DNA of 64,000 nucleotides from an uncultured bacterium (GCA_964655595.1 CAZZPQ010000001.1:144-64143), one strand, 5' to 3'; counted from the stretch's first letter, positions 36,436 to 45,714 are shown. Numbers and translations are program-made. Notes: generated by a model from the letters alone, not told the origin.

Positions 36436-36906
36436 TCAGCCAATAGCACTGTCCAAACCAGCCATACGGCGGTAAATGCTTGTCTGACCTGCATGATAAG
36501 ACTCGTGCCAGATAAGAAACTCAATAAAGTCGGCGGTGCTACGACCATCTGGGCGCACGGCGGCCCACTGCTCCGCTGTGCTTGCCTGCAAAGCCTGCTC
36601 GAGCCGTGCCTGACTTGCCTCCAGAGTTGCCACCAGCTCTGCGATAGGCTTTGCCTGCTCAACCATGGCACTGGAACCCTTACCATAGTCCTGCCGCATA
36701 TCCTCAGACCATAGCCCTTCATGCCCCAGCGCACGCAGCATGACATCACGGTAGACAATCAGGTGATGCAAAAGCCAGTTGAAGTTGCTGCCACCTTCGG
36801 TAAAGGGGATGAGGCTTTGCGCTTCGGTCATATCTGCCAGATTGCGCTTGACTACACCCAGGTTACGCTCCAGTATCTTCTGAAAAAGTACTTCCATAGT
36901 ATCCAT
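36436..36906 (-). CDS. DinB-family (four-helix bundle, metal-binding) protein
   Basis: 156 aa with conserved His positions (HHLIVYRD, WHESYHAGQ) typical of the DinB superfamily. Confidence 0.8.
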   Translation of the reverse strand: MDTMEVLFQKILERNLGVVKRNLADMTEAQSLIPFTEGGSNFNWLLHHLIVYRDVMLRALGHEGLWSEDMRQDYGKGSSAMVEQAKPIAELVATLEASQARLEQALQASTAEQWAAVRPDGRSTADFIEFLIWHESYHAGQTSIYRRMAGLDSAIG

Positions 36907-36985
36907 AAGTCTCCTGTCGTGCCTGCTTAGTACAAGCCTAAACCATCATACTAGAAATCACAAAAAACCCCTACAGAATCAACTG

Positions 36986-37441
36986 CTAATAAAACACCAC
37001 CTGATAATCCTTGAACTCACCCGCCTGATAGTTAAACTTGGCACTAAACATCCGGGGCTGCTCGAGCCAGGGTAAAAATACCCTGTCACCAGGCCAGAGA
37101 TTGAGCTTTAGCACCTCCCTATCGGCAATCCAGTGAAGCTCACCCTCTGCCGATGACCTAAGTGAGCCTGAAAAATCCGTGATGGTATAGACAAAGCAGT
37201 ACCAGTCGTCCTGTCCATCAAAATCTGGAAACGTAATAAAGCCGTGCAACCTCGCTTGTTCAACAATCAGCCCGGATTCCTCAAACACCTCGCGCTTCAG
37301 GCAGTCTTCCGGTGATTCTCCCGAACTGAACTTGCCTCCCAGGCCGTTCCACTTACCCTGCTGATAGCCTTTGGCCTTATGCAGCATCAGAGTATAGCCA
37401 TCACGCTTGATATACGCCAGCGTCGCCAGTTTCAGTCCCAT
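36986..37441 (-). CDS. NUDIX hydrolase (MutT-like)
   Basis: 151 aa with the Nudix box GLGGKFSSGESPEDCLKREVFEESGL. Confidence 0.88.
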   Translation of the reverse strand: MGLKLATLAYIKRDGYTLMLHKAKGYQQGKWNGLGGKFSSGESPEDCLKREVFEESGLIVEQARLHGFITFPDFDGQDDWYCFVYTITDFSGSLRSSAEGELHWIADREVLKLNLWPGDRVFLPWLEQPRMFSAKFNYQAGEFKDYQVVFY

Positions 37442-37731
37442 ATATCCTCACTATAGCGCTCAAACTCATGTACAAAAAAACGCTTGAGCTTAGCGTCATC
37501 TTTGAGTTCACCCCGCTGTTCAACCCTCAGACGCAAGCTGGCTAAACCTTCAACATCAGCCCGTTGTGCCAGGTATTTGGCGAGCCGCTTTATGGCCTCG
37601 AGCTGATTCCTGGTAGGAAACGTGAGGGTTTCACGCAAGCGCGCCCCGGCAATTGTCTCAAAGACCAGCAAGAACTCGAGTTGTCCGCCAAGCAGGCGGA
37701 TAAAGATTTGCTCGAGCTTTAGACTGCGCAT
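37432..37731 (-). CDS. hypothetical protein
   Basis: A 99-aa ORF overlapping the NUDIX start by 10 nt. I recognise no family. Confidence 0.4.
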   Translation of the reverse strand: MRSLKLEQIFIRLLGGQLEFLLVFETIAGARLRETLTFPTRNQLEAIKRLAKYLAQRADVEGLASLRLRVEQRGELKDDAKLKRFFVHEFERYSEDIWD

Positions 37732-37826
37732 ACCTCACCATACCGCATCAGACTTTGGCATATCTTTGCTGCTGCAAACAAACGGGCGATTCTTGCGAAC
37801 CGCCCTCATACTACATATTCACCTTG

Positions 37827-37845
37827 TTATCTGGAACTGGTATTA
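37827..37845 (+). repeat. isolated F1 3'-tail fragment
   Basis: TTATCTGGAACTGGTATTA matches the last ~19 nt of F1. Its final TTA is the TAA stop (minus strand) of gene 37843-39153. Confidence 0.4.
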
Positions 37846-39153
37846 GGGAAGGATTTGTCCGCGAATCTCACCCGCAGGATTGGCCGCCGAGTGCAGATTG
37901 ATGTACAAAAGACCATCATTAAAGTAGCCAAGCTGCGTATCATCCAATGTAAATACACCAGCAAAAGTTTGAGCGTCATTGTCAAAATCAAAGACAAAGA
38001 GAACGCCTGCGTTAGCATCAGCGGCGGCAGGGCCGTGAATGTGCGCCCCGGGGCCTGCAATTTCAAAGCCAGAGAAACTACCATCAACCACCAGTTTTTT
38101 GCCATAGAGTGTCACAGTAGCACTACCTGTGGAAGTCGTTGCGACAGGCGGAACCTCATTGGCCCCTGAAAGCGACACATCAAGGCTGGTGGGTGGCAGA
38201 AGTACTTGGTCAATAATGTGAATAATGCCATTTGACGCTTCAATATCTGGCATTGTTACAGTTGCACTACCGTTCAGCACAACACTTCCATCAATGACTT
38301 CATAATAGATACTGTTGCCGGCGAAAGCAGTATCAACCGTTGCAGGTGCACTGGCAATCACATCGGCGGCGGACAAGGCTGAGCCAGCGACCACATGATA
38401 AAGCAGGACGTTGACAATCATTTCAGCACCCAGTTTATCAATCAGGCCAGGCAGGTCTTCGACTTCCTGAGCTTCCAGCAAAGCCGCAAAGGCTGCATTC
38501 GTTGGAGCGAAGACGGTAAAGGGACCTGTACCTTCCAGAGTTTCCACCAGATCAGAGGCGACCAGGGCGGCTACTAATGTGCTGAGAACAGCAGTGTCCT
38601 GAGCGATTTCAACAATCGTACCAGGTTCTGGGTCTGGATCGGGGTCTGGGCTGGGGGGCAATAGCACCGCGTTGATGATGTGTACAACACCGTTTGACGC
38701 TGCAACATCGGCAGTTGTTACAGTAGCAGTCTCATTCAGCACGACCTGACCATCCACCACAGCAAAGGCAATACTTGCGCCTTCAAGCAGCGTCGGCGTT
38801 GTGCCGGGCGCAGCCGCGATCACATCTGCTGCCAAAAGTTTACCGGGTGCTACATGGTACTTGAGGATATCCGCCAGATCGTCACTTGCCAGCAGCTCTT
38901 CTTTGGTCAGACCGAGTGCCTCAAGCGCTGCCGCAAAAGCTGCGTTGGTTGGAGCAAAGACGGTAAAGGGACCTTCGCCACCTAACGCGCCCACCAGCTC
39001 AGCAGCCTGCAGGGCTTCAACCAGTATGCTTAAATCTGCTGTTCCCTGAGCAACTTCAGCAATTGTGCCAGGTTCATCTGGCTTTGGTGTACCACAAGCA
39101 GCCAGCAGTAGCACCAGTGCTGGCAGTAACAGCCACGTCAAAAACTTTTTCAT
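37843..39153 (-). CDS. lipoprotein with two fasciclin (FAS1) domains and a C-terminal CHRD domain
   Basis: The start is trimmed to MKKFLTWLLLPALVLLLAAC (lipobox), with GGGAGG upstream. The FAS1 motifs TVFAPTNAAFAA and NGVVHIINAVLLPP occur twice, linked by PSPDPDPDPEPG. The C-terminus LSGANEVPP...AHIHGPA...INLHSAANPAGEIRGQI is CHRD-like. Confidence 0.8.
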   Translation of the reverse strand: MKKFLTWLLLPALVLLLAACGTPKPDEPGTIAEVAQGTADLSILVEALQAAELVGALGGEGPFTVFAPTNAAFAAALEALGLTKEELLASDDLADILKYHVAPGKLLAADVIAAAPGTTPTLLEGASIAFAVVDGQVVLNETATVTTADVAASNGVVHIINAVLLPPSPDPDPDPEPGTIVEIAQDTAVLSTLVAALVASDLVETLEGTGPFTVFAPTNAAFAALLEAQEVEDLPGLIDKLGAEMIVNVLLYHVVAGSALSAADVIASAPATVDTAFAGNSIYYEVIDGSVVLNGSATVTMPDIEASNGIIHIIDQVLLPPTSLDVSLSGANEVPPVATTSTGSATVTLYGKKLVVDGSFSGFEIAGPGAHIHGPAAADANAGVLFVFDFDNDAQTFAGVFTLDDTQLGYFNDGLLYINLHSAANPAGEIRGQILP

Positions 39154-39272
39154 TAAACTTGCCTCCCATTTCTTGGTATTCCTACAGTCATACAGTATGT
39201 GATTTTTCACATGCTCAACTATAGGCATGCCTACAGTTTGCCTTTCACAAAGTCACAAAGGCACGAAATCAC

Positions 39273-39299
39273 AAAAAAAATGCCCTCATCTGAGGGCAT
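39273..39299 (-). terminator. rho-independent terminator of gene 39317-39715
   Basis: On the minus strand, the ATGCCCTCA-GA-TGAGGGCAT hairpin is followed by TTTTTTTTGT. Confidence 0.65.
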
Positions 39300-39316
39300 A
39301 GGCAAGCCGTGCTGAA

Positions 39317-39715
39317 TCAGTCATGTGCTTCCAGAGGCTGCTGCAAACCAGCTGCCTCACCCGCAATAAAGACTGATGCCATGGTTGTTAAGCCCCCCAC
39401 CCACAGGTTCAGCCAGGTTGGCATGATCAGATCGTTATAGCCCAGGACAAAAGGGGCTGCCACAATCCAGAGACCAAATGCCCCCGTAACCCAGCACAGG
39501 GGTGTAGCTTCGAGCGGTGCACGCAAGGCAACTGTCGCCAGAACAATCAGTAAACCACCAATAATCGCATTGCTGACGCCCGCACTGGCAACGTTATAGC
39601 CAATTGCCAGTGAAGAAATCAGCAGTATGGCTCCAAAAACAATCAGTAAGGAGGCTCCAAACCTCACCCTGAACTCATGATCTTTTTTTGCACGCTCACT
39701 CACAATGTCCTCCAT
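39317..39715 (-). CDS. small integral membrane protein, SPW-repeat-like
   Basis: Four hydrophobic helices. GLWIVAAPFVLGY resembles the SPW-repeat family motif (..SPW.LG.), from memory. The start is uncertain (ATG 39715 or 39754). Confidence 0.5.
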   Translation of the reverse strand: MEDIVSERAKKDHEFRVRFGASLLIVFGAILLISSLAIGYNVASAGVSNAIIGGLLIVLATVALRAPLEATPLCWVTGAFGLWIVAAPFVLGYNDLIMPTWLNLWVGGLTTMASVFIAGEAAGLQQPLEAHD

Positions 39716-39877
39716 ACCTGCACATTCATATTTTAGATGCACGTCAACAGCCAAATGCCTTTGCGTGCCTCACGCAGTTCTAAAGTTTAGCACCCTTTGG
39801 CTCTTCAGGTATACGATAAAAAGCCACAGGCTATCCTAGTCAATGTTTTGCTGAGAAGCAAGGGACTTTTTTACCTG

Positions 39878-39950
39878 CATACCGAGCCCGATAAATTGCT
39901 TAAAGATTTGAAAAGAACATCCCCGCTTCCTAACGCCCTGCTCGGACAAA
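39878..39950 (+). repeat. F1 intergenic repeat, short form
   Basis: CATACCGAGCCCGATAAATTGCTTAAAGATTTGAAAAGAAC..CGCTTCCTAACGCCCTGCTCGGACAAA. Confidence 0.75.
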
Positions 39951-40182
39951 AATCTGCCCTGACCTAAAAGTAAAAAGCGACCATCACCGGGCTCGAGTGA
40001 TAGGTGATGGTCTGTGGATGTGTGTGTGGGAGGTGATATGAGTTCTGGACTCGAGCCCTCTTTTGTAAGGGTAAACTACCCTTATGCTGAGAATAGCAGC
40101 CACTATCTTACAAAAAAATGACACCACGCTTGGCTTAGGATCAGTTTACTATGACCAACAGAACCCGGCAGGTTGACTGGCC

Positions 40183-40497
40183 GTGCCTGAAGCATCCTTC
40201 AAAGCCCTGGTTCTGTATTTTGTTGCCGCCATACCAGCCGGAAAAGTGGCAACTTATGGGCAGATTGCAGCTCTGGCTGGCTCACCTCGAGCAGCCAGGC
40301 AGGTTGGCGGCATTCTGCGCTACACGCAGGACAGTGACCTGCCCTGGCAGCGCGTCATCAACGCCAGCGGACGACTCAGCACCTACAAAGTAGGGACGGG
40401 AGAATTGCAAAAAGCGCTGCTTCAGTCCGAAGGCGTGGTCTTTGACGACGGGCGTGTTGACCTGGCAAGTTACAGATGGCAACCCGACTCGGTATGA
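40183..40497 (+). CDS. alkyltransferase-like protein (ATL; MGMT DNA-binding domain lacking the acceptor Cys)
   Basis: 104 aa with a GTG start. VAAIPAGKVATYGQIAALAGSPRAARQVGGIL...LPWQRVINASG closely parallels E. coli YbaZ as I remember it. The PCHRV motif is replaced by PWQRV. Confidence 0.85.
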   Translation: MPEASFKALVLYFVAAIPAGKVATYGQIAALAGSPRAARQVGGILRYTQDSDLPWQRVINASGRLSTYKVGTGELQKALLQSEGVVFDDGRVDLASYRWQPDSV

Positions 40498-40504
40498 TGG
40501 CAGC

Positions 40505-41644
40505 ATGACTATGACTGCAGAAGTAGCACTTGCTCAAGCCCTGGTACAAAAAGAAAGCCTCTCACGTCAGGAATCGGCTGCCACAAAGCTGCTGCGTGAG
40601 GCAATGAGTGATATCGGCTTTGATGAAGCCTATCTGGATGACGCTGGCAATGCCATTGGCATCTATCGGCGCGGTGAGGGGCCTGTAGTACACCTGAATG
40701 GACATCTGGATACCGTGGCACTCGGCGACGCCCAGCTCTGGAAACATCCACCACTCTCTGGCACTATAGAGAGCGGACAGCTCTGGGGACGCGGTTCGGT
40801 GGATATGAAAAGTGCAGTTGCCTGCATGGCCTATGCTGCGCAGGATGCAATCAACAGCGGCTTTAAGGGCAGTATCATCGTCTCAGGCGTGGTACAGGAA
40901 GAAATCGGCGGATTGGGTGCGCGCCACCTCGGCCAGACCCTGCCAGCCGATGTTATCATCCTGGGTGAACCCAGTAGCCTCAGTCTGATGCTGGGTCACC
41001 GCGGGCGGGTAGAGGTCGATGTGACCTTAGCAGGAAAAATCGCGCACGCAGCCAAAAACGAACTTGGTGATAATGCTCTTTATCATGCAGCTGATTTATT
41101 GCACAGACTCAGATCACTCGAGCTGCCAGCAGGCGGCCCCTTGGGACGTTCCACCCTGACACCGACGAAGCTAAGCTCCTTTCCCAGCAGTAACAATGTC
41201 GTACCCGGTCGCGCGGAGCTGGTCATTGACTATCGCTTTATCCCCGAAGACAGCCCAGAGGCCATACTGGCGCGCCTGCAAGCGCTGGCACCCGAGGCGA
41301 GCTTTCGCATCCAGACGCACAGCTACCAAAGTGAAAGTGGCAAGGTGCAACTCGAGTATCCCAACATCGCCCCAGCCTATCTCTGCCCCGGCGAAAACCC
41401 CTACGTCACTATTGCCAGGCGCAGCATCCGCCAAAGTCTCAGCAAGCACAACCTGCCCTATCAGGAGCGTGTGTGGTGGTTTGCCACCGACGCACCACAC
41501 TTAGCCATCAATGGCGCACCCGTCATCGGCTTTGGTCCAGGCAACGAGGAGCTGGCGCACACCACCCAGGAGTGTGTACCCATAGCACAGCTACAGGTCG
41601 CTCGGCAGGTTTACCATGATCTTATTCTGGCACTGACAGCGTAG
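40505..41644 (+). CDS. M20 family metallopeptidase (ArgE/DapE/ACY1-like)
   Basis: The start is trimmed to ATG 40505. The motifs LNGHLDTV, GRGSVDMKS and QEEIGGLG fit M20. Confidence 0.85.
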   Translation: MTMTAEVALAQALVQKESLSRQESAATKLLREAMSDIGFDEAYLDDAGNAIGIYRRGEGPVVHLNGHLDTVALGDAQLWKHPPLSGTIESGQLWGRGSVDMKSAVACMAYAAQDAINSGFKGSIIVSGVVQEEIGGLGARHLGQTLPADVIILGEPSSLSLMLGHRGRVEVDVTLAGKIAHAAKNELGDNALYHAADLLHRLRSLELPAGGPLGRSTLTPTKLSSFPSSNNVVPGRAELVIDYRFIPEDSPEAILARLQALAPEASFRIQTHSYQSESGKVQLEYPNIAPAYLCPGENPYVTIARRSIRQSLSKHNLPYQERVWWFATDAPHLAINGAPVIGFGPGNEELAHTTQECVPIAQLQVARQVYHDLILALTA

Positions 41645-41686
41645 CAACGTTACGCTTGGGACCATACACTGCTGTACACTAACATC

Positions 41687-42025
41687 ATGAAAGGCGAAAC
41701 GATTCTTCTCAACGGCGATAACTGGACGATTGTGGACATTGCACCCGCGCCTGAGCTTGCTGAAATGGTGGCGGTTATTCTCGAGGAAGAAGGCTTTCCA
41801 GTCTATACCCGAGGCCCTGATAACCTCTCTGACATCTACACGCATCTGGGGGTGTCCAGTCTGGGCACAACCTTTGTGCTGGTACCTGAAGCCGATGCCG
41901 AGCGCGCTATGGCCCTTATTGCTGAAACGGTTACGGACTATGAGGGTGATGACCTTAGTGAGGTTATCGAGCAGTTGGCACTCGAGTCTCAAGCAACTGA
42001 TGGCGAGCTTGAAGACGAAGACTAG
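41687..42025 (+). CDS. small acidic protein, DUF2007-like (putative signal-transducing fold)
   Basis: 112 aa. The pattern APAPELAEMVAVILEEEGFPVY and an acidic tail support the call. The family assignment is from memory. Confidence 0.45.
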   Translation: MKGETILLNGDNWTIVDIAPAPELAEMVAVILEEEGFPVYTRGPDNLSDIYTHLGVSSLGTTFVLVPEADAERAMALIAETVTDYEGDDLSEVIEQLALESQATDGELEDED

Positions 42026-42044
42026 CCGCCAAAACTGACGCGCC

Positions 42045-42965
42045 ATGCCCACCACACCAAAGCGTAACCGAGGTGCTTACTTAAGTCTGGCAGGCGCCGC
42101 TTTGGTGCTGCTCTTAAAGCTCATCACTTTTATCCTGACGGGCTCGGTGGCCTTCTTGTCAGATGCGGCCGAGTCCGTGGTCAATGTAGTGGCGGCCTTT
42201 GTGGTGCTTTTCGCCATGCGTGTGGCGCTGCGCCCGGCCGACTACGAGCATCCCTACGGTCATACCAAGGCTGAGTATCTCTCGAGTGCCCTCGAGGGCG
42301 GCATGATTCTGGTGGCAGGCGGCATGATTATCGTTACCAGTCTGCCACGCTTCATCAGTCCTGAACCCCTTAGCAACATGGTCCTGGGTCTGACGATTGC
42401 CTCCATTACTGCACTACTCAATGCTGGCCTGTCACTCTTTATCCGGCGAGAAGCCAAGCGGGTTCGCTCCGCCGCACTGGCCGCCAACGCGCGCCACCTG
42501 ATGACCGATGTCTGGACGTCGGCAGGTGTCATCTGCGCTGTGATTCTGGTTTATCTGACGGATTGGCACAGGCTCGACCCGGTCATTGCCGTTCTGGTGG
42601 CGCTCAACATTCTGCGTGAAGGCGTCAAAGTGCTCAGCGGCTCGCTTTCCCAACTGATGGACGAACGCTTGCCAGAAGACGAAGAACAACGGATTCTGGA
42701 TGTGCTGGACAGTAACCCGGATGTCCTGGGTTATCACCGCCTGCGCACGCGCCGCGCTGGCGTCGGGCGCTTTGCCGAAGTGGATATTTTTGTCAGGCCC
42801 ACGCTCAGTGTACAAGCAGCGCATGATGTGGTCGTAACGCTCGAGGACGCCCTTCACACAGCACTACCCAATTTGGTAGCCACGATTCACGTGGAACCTT
42901 ATGAGCGTGGCAAACGTGACAGTGCCATCACGCCCAAAGAAGAGTTTGATCAGTCAGCGACGTAA
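42045..42965 (+). CDS. cation diffusion facilitator (CDF) family metal efflux transporter
   Basis: 306 aa with 6 TM helices, SDAAESVVNV and HLMTDVWTS motifs, and a C-terminal cytoplasmic domain. Confidence 0.9.
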   Translation: MPTTPKRNRGAYLSLAGAALVLLLKLITFILTGSVAFLSDAAESVVNVVAAFVVLFAMRVALRPADYEHPYGHTKAEYLSSALEGGMILVAGGMIIVTSLPRFISPEPLSNMVLGLTIASITALLNAGLSLFIRREAKRVRSAALAANARHLMTDVWTSAGVICAVILVYLTDWHRLDPVIAVLVALNILREGVKVLSGSLSQLMDERLPEDEEQRILDVLDSNPDVLGYHRLRTRRAGVGRFAEVDIFVRPTLSVQAAHDVVVTLEDALHTALPNLVATIHVEPYERGKRDSAITPKEEFDQSAT

Positions 42966-42985
42966 TACCTTAGCAACTTAACAGC

Positions 42986-43558
42986 CTAGCGACGTGATAC
43001 GTAGTCGCTACTACTGTCATAAAAGCGCAGTGGCGCCTGCGCCCAGTCACCGGCATACGCCACCCCGATACGGGTTGTAGTGGTGATCCGTGCTGGGGCG
43101 GGACCCTGCTCGAGCCAGATCTGCGCGCCCCATACTGGGATACCATTATGCGCTTTGCTGATCCCCAGACTGCGGCACAAGCGACCTGGGCCATCGGTAC
43201 GACCCACGAGCTCCTCCGGCTGCTCCACTGCTCGAATCAGCACAGCCTGAGGATCTCCCTCGGTACTGGCAACGACATTAAACATGTAGTGCATACCGTA
43301 AATCAGGTAGACATAGGCATACCCCGCCGGGCCAAACATCACTGAGGTTCGGGCAGTACGGCCCTTGCTGGCATGACAGGCCAGATCATGTGTACCCAGA
43401 TAGGCTTCCGTTTCCACAATTCGGCAGCGCCAGAGCCGATCCTGCTGAACGAGCAGATGGCAGCCCAGCAAGTCACGCGCCAGTGTTGTGGCGTCGCGTG
43501 CATAAAACGACTGACTCAGTAGCCCTTGTGTGTGACGGTGACCTATACGCAATGCCAT
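42986..43558 (-). CDS. mpg: DNA-3-methyladenine glycosylase (Mpg/AAG family)
   Basis: The start is trimmed to ATG 43558. FYARDATTLARDLLG, ETEAYLG..D.A.HA and GYAYVYLIYGMHYMFNVV are diagnostic. Confidence 0.9.
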   Translation of the reverse strand: MALRIGHRHTQGLLSQSFYARDATTLARDLLGCHLLVQQDRLWRCRIVETEAYLGTHDLACHASKGRTARTSVMFGPAGYAYVYLIYGMHYMFNVVASTEGDPQAVLIRAVEQPEELVGRTDGPGRLCRSLGISKAHNGIPVWGAQIWLEQGPAPARITTTTRIGVAYAGDWAQAPLRFYDSSSDYVSRR

Positions 43559-43599
43559 GATATCAGCGCACCTTGGGTTTGCCTTGCAATCAAGGCAGC

Positions 43600-44175
43600 C
43601 TAACGCTCGTTCGGATTGACGTACTGCAAGGGAAACTGCCACGCCTCAAAGCCGCTAATCACCGTACCCCGAAAGGGAATGAAGGCAATGCGCGTATCAA
43701 TCTGCCCCCGAACCTCTACCGGCAAATAGCCCTGTCGAGCTTCAACAAAGCGCAGCGTCCAGGCTTTGATAGGAAAATCAGGGTTCTCCTCCTCGAGTTC
43801 AAGTAGCCAGCCCTCTTCCAGCGCAGTTATCACTGCCTGTTGGCAGCTAAGCTGAAACGATGGCGCTTCGCCTTCATCACTCTGGCCTGCATTGTCTGGT
43901 CTTCGCACACCGCGTTGCTCGAGCACACTGCTTTCCCAAACACCATTTTGCTTGTAGAGTCGCATTTTACTGTAAGCGTACTCCAGTATGCCCTGACGAA
44001 TCTCGGTGCTCATGATGACCTCGCTGGCACCATCAAAGGCAGCCTCTATACTGCCAATCAACTCCTCACAGAGTGGTTGTGTTGGTGGCTGCGCCTGCAC
44101 CAGCGGCACAGCAAGCAGGATACCTACAATAAAGCGAAGCATAAACCCCAGTTTAGCGGTTGATAGCTGCATCAT
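43600..44175 (-). CDS. hypothetical secreted protein
   Basis: The start is trimmed to MMQLSTAKLGFMLRFIVGILLAVPLVQAQ (signal peptide). I recognise no family. Confidence 0.45.
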   Translation of the reverse strand: MMQLSTAKLGFMLRFIVGILLAVPLVQAQPPTQPLCEELIGSIEAAFDGASEVIMSTEIRQGILEYAYSKMRLYKQNGVWESSVLEQRGVRRPDNAGQSDEGEAPSFQLSCQQAVITALEEGWLLELEEENPDFPIKAWTLRFVEARQGYLPVEVRGQIDTRIAFIPFRGTVISGFEAWQFPLQYVNPNER

Positions 44176-44199
44176 TGTAAGACAGGCTAAGATAGCTGT

Positions 44200-44769
44200 A
44201 TGAATATCGCCACCCTGCTCTATCATGAAGTGAGCGACCTGGCGCTTGTGCCCCATGCCATTTTGCACAGCGCACTGGACCTGCTGGAGATCCCCTCAGA
44301 TACATCTACTGAGGTCTTCACGCTTGCCAAAGCACGCAATTCTGTGCAGACCAGCGGCGGCCTGACGATTACACCGCTCTACGCCTTTGCCAGTGCGCCC
44401 GCGCCAGATATCCTGATTCTTCCTGGTGGACGCGGCGCACTTAAAGCCAGCAAGGATAGAGCCATCAGCCGCTACCTGAAAGATACTGTGCCACAGCTAA
44501 AACTCAAGGCCAGCATTTCCAGCGGCGCACTGATTCTGGGCGAACTTGGTTTTTTGCGCAATCAGTCAGTGACCAGCCACCCAGACTTACTGGAACAGCT
44601 CGAGAGTTACGAGGTGCTGCACGTCAGCTCGGAGCGTCTGGTGAAAAACCCTCAGCTCTGGTGTGCGGGGGCTAGTGGGGCAGGCATTGACCTGGGGCTG
44701 GCACTGGTTGAGCATCTCTTTGGTACGGAGCTGCGCTCGAAGGTTGCCACCTATCTCGGTTTGGTCTAG
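44200..44769 (+). CDS. DJ-1/PfpI family protein (nucleophile position is Ser, not Cys)
   Basis: 189 aa with ILILPGGRG and ASISSGALILGELGFL. The usual elbow Cys appears to be replaced by Ser. Its stop TAG overlaps the stop of the convergent gene (CTAG). Confidence 0.75.
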   Translation: MNIATLLYHEVSDLALVPHAILHSALDLLEIPSDTSTEVFTLAKARNSVQTSGGLTITPLYAFASAPAPDILILPGGRGALKASKDRAISRYLKDTVPQLKLKASISSGALILGELGFLRNQSVTSHPDLLEQLESYEVLHVSSERLVKNPQLWCAGASGAGIDLGLALVEHLFGTELRSKVATYLGLV

Positions 44770-45611
44770 GTTGCGGCGATCGTCAGACTCAGTTCGGTAA
44801 TCTCTGGGCGACAGGCAAAGCGCACTGGAATGCTGCTCATGCCAACGCCACGGTTGACATAGAGCCAGCTCTCACCCACACGAAAGAGCCCCATGTCGTA
44901 GCGCTTACCGAACCTTGGCAAAATCGGCGCTCCAAAAAAGGGCAAGCGAACCTGTCCGCCATGGGTGTGACCTGAGAGCTGCAAGAGCTTGTGCTGATGT
45001 CCCCAGTGGTCAATCATGTCCGGTGAATGAGATAGCAGCAGGGTATCGGTATCGGGGGCCCCCTGTAAAGCGCGCTGAATATTCGTTTGCCCACCCCAGG
45101 GATCATCGACCCCTGCGACCACCAGGCTAGCGCTGCCAATCTGCAGCGTTGTATGACTATTGACCAAAACCGGAATGCCGGAGCGCTCGAGTTCCCGAAT
45201 GATGCGAGTAGCGCCTGCCCAGATATCATGATTGCCCAGACAGGCATAGACGCCGTACTCTGCACGTAGCTCTTGCAAAAGCTCTGCTAACTGGGGCAGG
45301 GCCTGCAAATCCCGCCGACTCGTGACAAAATCCCCAGTCAGGGCGATGAGCTGCGGCTGTAAGTCATTTACCTCGCTAACGACCTGCTCGAGATACTCAA
45401 AGGGAACCATCTGACCTGCATGAAAATCGCTGACCTGTACAATTCTCAAGCCCTCCAGTGCCGGGTTTAAACCAGCGATAGGAACACGGACGCGCTCGGT
45501 CGTCAACCAAAAGGGCTCGAGCCACCTGCTGTAAGAAAACCCACCCACCGCTGCTCCAGCCGCAGCCAGACCGCCAAGCGTCAGGCGTTTTAAGAAGGTG
45601 CGGCGGTCCAT
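44766..45611 (-). CDS. Tat-exported metallophosphoesterase (YkuE-like)
   Basis: 281 aa with the twin-arginine leader MDRRTFLKRLTLGGLAAAGAA and the motifs VSDFH, GDFV, GNHD and GHTHGG. Confidence 0.85.
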   Translation of the reverse strand: MDRRTFLKRLTLGGLAAAGAAVGGFSYSRWLEPFWLTTERVRVPIAGLNPALEGLRIVQVSDFHAGQMVPFEYLEQVVSEVNDLQPQLIALTGDFVTSRRDLQALPQLAELLQELRAEYGVYACLGNHDIWAGATRIIRELERSGIPVLVNSHTTLQIGSASLVVAGVDDPWGGQTNIQRALQGAPDTDTLLLSHSPDMIDHWGHQHKLLQLSGHTHGGQVRLPFFGAPILPRFGKRYDMGLFRVGESWLYVNRGVGMSSIPVRFACRPEITELSLTIAAT

Positions 45612-45698
45612 CCAACTAGCTTAGCAAGGTAATGGCAGTCCAGATGATGCATTTATTCACCAACTTCATCATGTCATCACAACGCTAAGGGCTTCGTC

Positions 45699-45707
45699 TG
45701 GTATTCT
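45699..45707 (+). promoter_or_regulatory. extended -10 element TGgTATTCT 7 nt upstream of the ATG at 45715 (possible leaderless mRNA)
   Basis: The sequence reads TGGTATTCT-GCATGCC-ATG with no Shine-Dalgarno. Confidence 0.35.
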
Positions 45708-45714
45708 GCATGCC

